A stretch of 47,701 bases of DNA from Chloroflexota bacterium (GTDB taxonomy: Bacteria; Chloroflexota; Limnocylindria; Limnocylindrales; CSP1-4). The stretch is taken from the NCBI GenBank assembly GCA_045804705.1, contig JBJMMQ010000193.1, forward strand, positions 1 through 47,701. The letters run 5' to 3'. Position numbers and translations under genes: made by a program. The notes beneath the pieces were generated by a model. That model did no database searches and was not told the origin of the DNA. It saw nothing but the letters and a program-made list of their open reading frames with translations. Positions 28,010 to 34,452 of the stretch are shown here, in pieces (positions within the stretch are counted from its first letter, which is position 1; every line of letters begins with the position of its first letter).

Positions 28010-28771
28010 CTAGGGCTTGCCGTGGCCCTTGCTCTTGCCCTTGCCGTGACCACCCTTCGTCGCGTTGCCGTGCGGACCGGAGTGGTCCTTCTTCGCTGCT
28101 GCGCTGACCGCTCCGCCGTGGTTGCAGTTCTTGCCACCGACGGCATCGGACTTCGCGACCTCGGAGACCGCCTTGCCGTGGGCATTCGGGCTCGTGTCGA
28201 CGGGTGCCTCGACGACCGGGGCGGACACGACGGGCGGTGCGCACTCGGTCGGCGCCTCATCGGCCGCCTCCGTCTCCGTCTCCGCATCGCACGATGCCGC
28301 GACCGTGGTCGTGGTGCTCGCGAGCGTCGCGTCGCTCTCTCCGTCCTCGTCCGATCCTTCGTCCGTCCCAGCGGCGGGGGCCTCGGCGTCGCCGCACTCC
28401 TCGGACCCCTGGGCTACGCCGCTCACGTACCCGCCGTGATTGCAGTTCGTCCCGCCGGTCCAGTCGCTCTGGGCGGCCTCGGACGTCGAGATCGTGCCAT
28501 CGCCGTCGAGGTCGACCGCGATCAGCGCCGCAGCGGCAACCTCGGGCGCTGCGACCGGAGCCGCGTCCTGACAATCGTCGTCGACGCCGTTCCCATCCAC
28601 GTCCTCGAACGTGAGGGTCGTATCCGTCGGGGGCGCCGGGTCCTCCGTCGTCACGCCCTGATCGGTCGTGTCCGAGACGAGGCTCGCCGCCGCCGCCATC
28701 CCGCTCAACGACATCACCAGCAGGATCGCCCCGCCGCCTGCGAGCCATCTCGAACGAAGCCGTGTCACCAT
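28010..28771 (-). CDS. Secreted acidic protein with EF-hand-like Ca-binding loops and repeated NCNHGG motif
   Basis: Signal peptide MVTRLRSRWLAGGGAILLVMSLSGMAAA; DVDGNGVDD; canonical DLDGDGTISTSE; two GGxNCNHGGxVS repeats; Lys/Gly/His tail. Confidence 0.75.
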   Translation of the reverse strand: MVTRLRSRWLAGGGAILLVMSLSGMAAAASLVSDTTDQGVTTEDPAPPTDTTLTFEDVDGNGVDDDCQDAAPVAAPEVAAAALIAVDLDGDGTISTSEAAQSDWTGGTNCNHGGYVSGVAQGSEECGDAEAPAAGTDEGSDEDGESDATLASTTTTVAASCDAETETEAADEAPTECAPPVVSAPVVEAPVDTSPNAHGKAVSEVAKSDAVGGKNCNHGGAVSAAAKKDHSGPHGNATKGGHGKGKSKGHGKP

Positions 28772-29044
28772 CGATTCGCCTTCTCCCTGCCCCCGGAAGC
28801 GGTCGACCGACGATCCGCCGGCCACGGGACGATGCCCGAACCCGAGTATCGATAGCCCTCCGCGATGGGCAACGGTACGTTCGGGCTACGCTGCCCAGAG
28901 GGGACGCGCCGGCCCGGGTCGTCGTGGTGGTGTACGGACCCGGCAGGAGCGGTCCGATGCGGTGCGAACCCGCACCGGGACTTCGCCTCCACCTGTCGCT
29001 GAACCGATGGCGGTGGCGTTCGGCATGAGGCAAAATCGCCCGAC

Positions 29045-30061
29045 ATGTTGATCCGGATCGTCCACGGGCGACGCGACAGGACGGGGGACAGCGGGGACGG
29101 CGACGATCGTCGGACCCTCGATCGCGACCGATTGACGCGAGCGGCGACCCGCATCGCCGGCCTCGAGACGTTGATCGTCGGCTGGCGTGAGGACGACTTC
29201 GGATCCGGACCCGACGTCGCCGTGCTGTCATGGCTCGACGTCGCCTCGATGGTGAATGCGACAGGTGCCGACGACGCCGCCTTCCTTCGCGACCGGCTCG
29301 GCCTGGACATGACGATCGCGGACGCCGACTCGTACGAGCTGATGAGCCGCACATTCGGCTCCCTCCCGACCCCGACATCGATCCTGCGGATCATCACGAT
29401 GGCCGCTCGGCCGTCGGCCGAGGCGGACCTGTTCGAGCGGCTGCGCGACATCCAGGAGCGGCTGACCGGGCTCGGTCTCGTCGCGTCGCAGGTCGCTCGC
29501 CGCGTCTCACACGACGGGATCGAGGCGATCGTCGTCGGGCTCTGGCGGGACGAGGTCGCGGTCGTCGAGGCGACGGCTGGTCAGGCGGGACGTCCGGCCT
29601 TCGGTGACGAGTTCGAGCAGTGGGTCGAGTCGGTCGCGGTCTCGACCTACCAGGCGATCGAGATCGCTCCACGGCTGCCGATGGCGTCGGGACCGCCCCT
29701 CCTCCTGCTCGATGACGGAGGTCGAGTCGTCGACCTGACTCCCTCGGCCGCGGCCGCTCTCGGCCGGACCCAGGATGAGGCGGTCGGCCTCGTCGTCGCC
29801 CAACTGATGGACGACCCCGACATCTGGGGCGACACCCCTGGCGACGAAGTGTCCCAGGACGCTGCCGGGCGGTCCGGGTCACCGCTCGAGTTCGGAAGCG
29901 TCCGGGTCCATTGGCGGCTCCGTCGGGACGTCCCCGTCGAGCATCGCCACGTCCTCCTCGTCCGGCGCGAGCACGAGACCGAGATCACGGCGGACGACAT
30001 CGACGCCGCGGTCGCGGACGCCTTCCCGATGACCGACGAGGCCACTGGCACGTCCTTGTAA
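29045..30061 (+). CDS. Hypothetical protein: ABM-like (dimeric alpha/beta barrel) repeats plus C-terminal PAS-like domain
   Basis: Two segments ending VAVLSWLD / IVVGLWRD, then PLLLLDDGGRVVDLTPSAAAALGRTQDEAVGL, which resembles a PAS N-terminus. Confidence 0.6.
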   Translation: MLIRIVHGRRDRTGDSGDGDDRRTLDRDRLTRAATRIAGLETLIVGWREDDFGSGPDVAVLSWLDVASMVNATGADDAAFLRDRLGLDMTIADADSYELMSRTFGSLPTPTSILRIITMAARPSAEADLFERLRDIQERLTGLGLVASQVARRVSHDGIEAIVVGLWRDEVAVVEATAGQAGRPAFGDEFEQWVESVAVSTYQAIEIAPRLPMASGPPLLLLDDGGRVVDLTPSAAAALGRTQDEAVGLVVAQLMDDPDIWGDTPGDEVSQDAAGRSGSPLEFGSVRVHWRLRRDVPVEHRHVLLVRREHETEITADDIDAAVADAFPMTDEATGTSL

Positions 30062-30158
30062 CGGGCGCCCTCGGGGCGACCATGGCCGAGGGACCGCGGT
30101 CCGGGCGAGCATGGACGCACCCCACAGAAAGCTGACGGTATTCGAAGGAGGTCCCTAC

Positions 30159-30650
30159 ATGTCCCGTTTCGAGGAATCGATCACCGTCGACGTCCCCGTG
30201 CGCGTCGCGTACGACCAGTGGACGCTGTTCGAGGAGTTCCCGCGTTTCATGGACGGTGTCGAACAGGTCCAGCAGCTCGATGACAAGCGGCTCCGGTGGC
30301 GGGCGCAGATCGCCGGCAAGACCAAGGAATGGACGGCCGAGATCACCGATCAGACCCCGGACACCCGTGTCGCGTGGCGGAGCATCGAGGGTGCCGAGAA
30401 CGATGGCGCCGTGACCTTCCGTCCGATGGGCTCGAACCAGACCGAGATCACCCTCCGGATCGACGCGGACCCCGAGGGTCCGATCGAGGGTGCGGGCGAT
30501 GCCCTCGGGTTCCTGCAGCGCCGGGTCCATGGCGATCTCGAGCGCTTCAAGGAGCAGATCGAGCGACAGGGCGGCAACGGCAAGGGCTGGCGTGGCGAGA
30601 TCCACGGCGACGAGGTCCAGCCGGACCCCGTCGAGATCCGCAACCGCTGA
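30159..30650 (+). CDS. SRPBCC (polyketide cyclase/dehydrase-like) stress protein
   Basis: EESITVDVPVRVAYDQWTLFEEFPRFMDGVEQV...W.AEITDQTPD.RVAWRS...GDLERFK. SD AAGGAGG. Confidence 0.92.
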   Translation: MSRFEESITVDVPVRVAYDQWTLFEEFPRFMDGVEQVQQLDDKRLRWRAQIAGKTKEWTAEITDQTPDTRVAWRSIEGAENDGAVTFRPMGSNQTEITLRIDADPEGPIEGAGDALGFLQRRVHGDLERFKEQIERQGGNGKGWRGEIHGDEVQPDPVEIRNR

Positions 30651-30667
30651 CACACCCGACCGGTCGA

Positions 30668-31356
30668 ATGCAGCCGACGACCGGCTGCGGACCTACCGGT
30701 CCAAGCGTGACTTCACGGCGACCCCGGAACCGCCCGCCGAGGCGGCTTCGGGGTCGCTGCGCGTACCCGGCCCCGTCACCGGTCGCTTCGTCGTCCAGCG
30801 ACACAGGGCATCGAGCCTTCACTACGACTTCCGGCTCGAGGTCGATGGCGTCCTCGCTTCATGGGCCGTCCCACGCGGCCCGACCCTCGATCCCGCCCAG
30901 CGCCGGCTCGCTGTGCGGGTCGAGGACCATCCCCTCGGCTACTTCGACTTCGAAGGCGTCATCCCCGCGCACGAGTACGGCGGCGGCGACGTGATCGTCT
31001 GGGACTGGGGCACGTACCGGGCGGACCCGGACACACCCGACCCGGCGAAGGCGATCGAGGGCGGCCAGTTCAAGTTCGAGCTCGACGGAGAAAAGCTCGA
31101 GGGTGCGTTCGTGCTCGTCCGAACGGCGGGATTCGGGCGGCAGCGGGCACGACCACGGCCGGACGGCACACGCGCGAAGTGGCTGCTCATCCACAGGAGG
31201 GACGGCGCCGCCATCCCGGATTGGGATGCGGAGGACACGCGACGAAGCGTCAAGACAGGCCGAACGAACGAGGAGGTCTCGGCCGGGCGGCGACGGCCGT
31301 CTGCCAGACGCTTGCAACGCCCCAGCCCGGACCCGCGAGCGAGCCAACGGCTGTAG
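30668..31356 (+). CDS. Stand-alone LigD 3'-phosphoesterase domain; start codon anomalous (possible frameshift or pseudogene)
   Basis: LRTYRSKRDFTATPEP...FVVQRHRASSLHYDFRLE.DGVLASWAVPRGP...EDHP..YFDFEG.IP..EYGGGDVIVWDWG...SVKTGRT.EE. The nearest ATG (30668) is out of frame. Confidence 0.85.
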
Positions 31357-31411
31357 CCGCCTACCGTCCGAGGGACAGTCCATCCGTGAGAGAGACAAGG
31401 AGACCGTGCCC

Positions 31412-31867
31412 GTGGATGCCCTCACGCTGCTCAAGGAAGACCACGACAAGGTGAAGAAGCTGCTCAGTGAGCTCGAATCGACGACCGAGCGTGGTCTCAA
31501 GACGAGGAGCGACCTCTTCGCGACCATCAAGGGCGAGCTCACGGTCCACGAGATCATCGAGGAGGAGATCTTCTACCCGGAGCTTCGGGACCATCCCAAG
31601 GCGAAGGACATCGTGCTCGAGGGCTACGAGGAGCATCACGTCGTCGACCTGTTGATGGGTGAGCTCGAGTCCCTGGACGTCGGTGACGAGACGTGGGGTG
31701 CGAAGGCTGTCGTCATGAAGGAGAACGTCGAGCACCACATCGAGGAAGAGGAAGGCGAGATGTTCCAGAAGGCTCGCCAGGTCTTCGACCGGGCCGAGCT
31801 TGACGATCTCGGGCAGCGGATGGCGACGCGCAAGGCATCGGCCAAGCAGGAGCTCAATATCCCCTAA
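31412..31867 (+). CDS. Hemerythrin/HHE cation-binding domain protein
   Basis: DALTLLKEDHDKV...ELTVHEIIEEEIFYP...EEHHVV...EHHIEEEEGEMF. SD AAGGAG before GTG. Confidence 0.9.
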   Translation: MDALTLLKEDHDKVKKLLSELESTTERGLKTRSDLFATIKGELTVHEIIEEEIFYPELRDHPKAKDIVLEGYEEHHVVDLLMGELESLDVGDETWGAKAVVMKENVEHHIEEEEGEMFQKARQVFDRAELDDLGQRMATRKASAKQELNIP

Positions 31868-31882
31868 GGGCGGGAGGTCACC

Positions 31883-32677
31883 ACGGCCCTCGATATCGGG
31901 ACCTCAGGGTTCCTGTACGAGCACTGGCGGGGCCGCTTCTATCCGCCATCTGCGCGCGGCTCCGAGCTGGAGTTCTTCGCGGAGCGCTTCGACACGGTCG
32001 AGCTCAACGTCACCTTCTACCGGATGCCGTCGAGCGCGACCTTCCGTGGGTGGGCAGCGCGTGTCCCGTCGCATTTCACCTTCGCGGTCAAGGCCAGTCG
32101 CTATCTGACCCACATCCGCCGGCTCGACGAACCGCGTCAACCGGTGGCGTACCTCATGGAGCGGGCGAGCGAACTTGGATCACACCTGGGCCCGGTGCTG
32201 CTGCAGCTCCCACCGGATATGCCGGCCGACCTCGACCGGCTCGCTCGAACGCTCGAGGCGTTCCCGCGGACGGTCCGAGTGGCCGTCGAGCCGCGGCACC
32301 CCTCGTGGTACACGGACGCCTTCCGGCAGCTCCTGACCGAGCGAGGCGTCGCCCTGTGTCTGGCGGATCGGCGTGGCCCACTCATGCCCGCGTGGGCCAC
32401 GACCGACTGGGCGTATCTGCGGTTCCATGGCGGTCGAGCGCAACCGCCATCGTGCTACAGCGAGCGTGCCCTCGCGCGCTGGGTGGACCGGATCCGTGAT
32501 GTCTGGGGACCGGATCCGTCTGGATACGCCTACTTCAACAACGACCACATGGGCTGCGCGCTGCGGGATGCGGCCGTGCTGGGACGGCTCCTCGAGAAGG
32601 ACGGGATCGCAGTCGCACGTCGGCCGGCCATCACCGACGAGGTCCTGCGGGTCCTGACGCCTCCAGCGGTGCGTTGA
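31883..32677 (+). CDS. DUF72 family protein, apparent ACG start codon
   Basis: Conserved N-terminus IGTSGFLYEHWRGRFYP...FDTVELNVTFYRMP lies upstream of the ORF-track ATG 32024; also AVKASRYLTH, LLQLPP, EPRHPSW, YLRFHG, YFNND. GGAGGT followed by ACG at 31883. Confidence 0.85.
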   Translation, partial: TALDIGTSGFLYEHWRGRFYPPSARGSELEFFAERFDTVELNVTFYRMPSSATFRGWAARVPSHFTFAVKASRYLTHIRRLDEPRQPVAYLMERASELGSHLGPVLLQLPPDMPADLDRLARTLEAFPRTVRVAVEPRHPSWYTDAFRQLLTERGVALCLADRRGPLMPAWATTDWAYLRFHGGRAQPPSCYSERALARWVDRIRDVWGPDPSGYAYFNNDHMGCALRDAAVLGRLLEKDGIAVARRPAITDEVLRVLTPPAVR

Positions 32678-33572
32678 CCGGGCGGACCTCGACGCGGTCG
32701 ACCGGATTCCGCAATATGCCGAGCGGCCCGCCGTCGATCTCGACGTCGTCGCCGGGCTGGAGCGTGAACGAGGCGTCGGGCACGATTCCGGTGCCGGTCA
32801 TCAGCAGGGCGCCGTCGGGGAAGTCCAACGCGCGGCCGAGCCAGGCGACGAGTTCGTCCGGCGAGCGTCGAAGGGCCGCCGTGGAGGTCGAGCCGGCGAA
32901 CGCGACGTCAGCGCCGCGGCGAACGGTCAACGAGATGTCGAGCGGCAACTCGACCGCGTCCGCCGGGACGAGGGCCGGCCCGATCGCACAGGACCAGCGG
33001 TAGAACTTGGCCTGGGGCAGGTAGAGCGCGTTGTCGCCCTCGATCGAGCGGCTCGAGACGTCGTCGCCGAGGGCGTAACCGGCGATCTCAAGGCTCGGAG
33101 TGACGACGAGGATGAGCTCTGGCTCAGGGACGTCCCAGCTCGAATCCGAGCGGATGCCGATCGCCTCGGCGGTCGCACGGACACGGGCGGCGGTCGACTT
33201 GAAGAAGAGCTCGGGCCGGTCCGCGACGTAGACCTTGTCGTAGACCGACGGCTCCGACGCCTCCTCGACGCGAGCCTCGTGCGATCGCCGGTACGTCACG
33301 CCGGCCGCCCAGACCTCCTGGGCGTCGAGAGGGGCGAGGATTTTGGCACCCGTGGGGACGGGGCCGGCGGTCGGCCCGGCGACCGCATCGCTGAGACCGC
33401 GGCGTCCGGCCCGGAGGATGTCTGCGATCGTCCTGTCCGGGCCGATCAGATCGGTCGGACCGCCACGGGTATCGCCGGCGGCCAGGCGGACCGAGCCGTC
33501 GGGCAGCGCCACCCGGAACAGGCCACGGACGCCCGACTCGACGACGTCGGTGGGCGTTCTTCCCGAGGTCAT
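32631..33572 (-). CDS. Fumarylacetoacetate hydrolase family protein (2-keto-3-deoxy-pentonate dehydratase-like)
   Basis: QEVWAAGVTYRRS..AR, RPELFFK, W.VPEPEL, DVSSRSIEGDNALYLPQAK, LMTGTGIVP. Confidence 0.88.
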   Translation of the reverse strand: MTSGRTPTDVVESGVRGLFRVALPDGSVRLAAGDTRGGPTDLIGPDRTIADILRAGRRGLSDAVAGPTAGPVPTGAKILAPLDAQEVWAAGVTYRRSHEARVEEASEPSVYDKVYVADRPELFFKSTAARVRATAEAIGIRSDSSWDVPEPELILVVTPSLEIAGYALGDDVSSRSIEGDNALYLPQAKFYRWSCAIGPALVPADAVELPLDISLTVRRGADVAFAGSTSTAALRRSPDELVAWLGRALDFPDGALLMTGTGIVPDASFTLQPGDDVEIDGGPLGILRNPVDRVEVRPVNAPLEASGPAGPRR

Positions 33573-33709
33573 GTCAGCCAGCTCACGCTGACGAGGATAA
33601 CGGCGGTGCGCGGCCGTCACCGCCTCGGATCCAAGGGATGGGTCGACAGCGAGCCCTTCGCCCGGAGCCCGATGATCGCCTGAGGACCGCGAGACGCGGC
33701 CGGATCTTG

Positions 33710-33844
33710 TCAGTAGGCGGGGCCGCCGCCGGTCCCCTTGCTGCACGCCGCGAGGAGTGTCAGGAGCAGTGGCATCAGCGCAACGAGGCGCCATGCCGCC
33801 CCGACGTGATGCGTCGAAACCGTTCGAAGCCGACTGATGGACAT
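33710..33844 (-). CDS. 44-aa micro-lipoprotein (signal peptide II + 11-residue mature peptide)
   Basis: MSISRLRTVSTHHVGAAWRLVALMPLLLTLLAA-CSKGTGGGPAY*, with lipobox LAAC. GGAGG upstream of ATG 33850/33844. Confidence 0.65.
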   Translation of the reverse strand: MSISRLRTVSTHHVGAAWRLVALMPLLLTLLAACSKGTGGGPAY

Positions 33845-33867
33845 CGACATGAACCTCCACCAGTCGG

Positions 33868-33892
33868 TACGAGCCCGTAGCGTCTTCGGTTC
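33868..33892 (-). promoter_or_regulatory. ECF-sigma-type promoter for the micro-lipoprotein
   Basis: Minus strand GAAC-N17-CGTA directly upstream of the SD. Confidence 0.5.
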
Positions 33893-33903
33893 TTCCGCGG
33901 ATG

Positions 33904-34452
33904 TCAGATGGCAGCCAGCCGGCGACGGAATGTCTCGACGGCGCTCACGCGAAGGACGAACGTCACGCGCTCGATGCCCGTTTCGCCCAGCAGGTAGTCG
34001 CGGCTCGTTCGCAGCGCGACATCCGCTGCGGCCTCCGACGGGAACCCGAAGGTGCCGGCGCTGATCGCCGGCGAGCAGATCGTCCTCGCACCGAGCTCGT
34101 CGGCGACCTCGAACGCCGTGCGATAGGCGGACGCGAGCAGATCGAGCTTGTCCTGCCCACCCTGGCCCCACACCGGTCCGACCGCGTGGATGACCCACCG
34201 GGCGGGGAGGGCGTAGGCGGCCGTCTCCACCGCACTGCCGGTCGCCGTGCCCGCCGGGTAGCGGCGGCGCATCTCGCCGGACAGTTCGGGACCTGCCGCT
34301 CTTCGAATCGCGCCGTCGACGCCGCCGCCCGCGGCGAAGGCGTTGTTCGCGGCGTTCACGATCGCGTCTGCCGGGACTCGGGTGATGTCGCCCTCGATGA
34401 CTGCCAGGACGGATCGACCAAAGGTGCGCGTCGCCACGGGCGGCTCAACCAT
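33904..34452 (-). CDS. Macro domain protein (O-acetyl-ADP-ribose deacetylase, YmdB-like)
   Basis: EGDIT...DAIVNAAN...GGGVDGAI.RAAGPEL...VIHAVGPVW...PAISAGTFGFP. ATG overlaps the upstream stop (ATGGTTGA). Confidence 0.93.
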   Translation of the reverse strand: MVEPPVATRTFGRSVLAVIEGDITRVPADAIVNAANNAFAAGGGVDGAIRRAAGPELSGEMRRRYPAGTATGSAVETAAYALPARWVIHAVGPVWGQGGQDKLDLLASAYRTAFEVADELGARTICSPAISAGTFGFPSEAAADVALRTSRDYLLGETGIERVTFVLRVSAVETFRRRLAAI

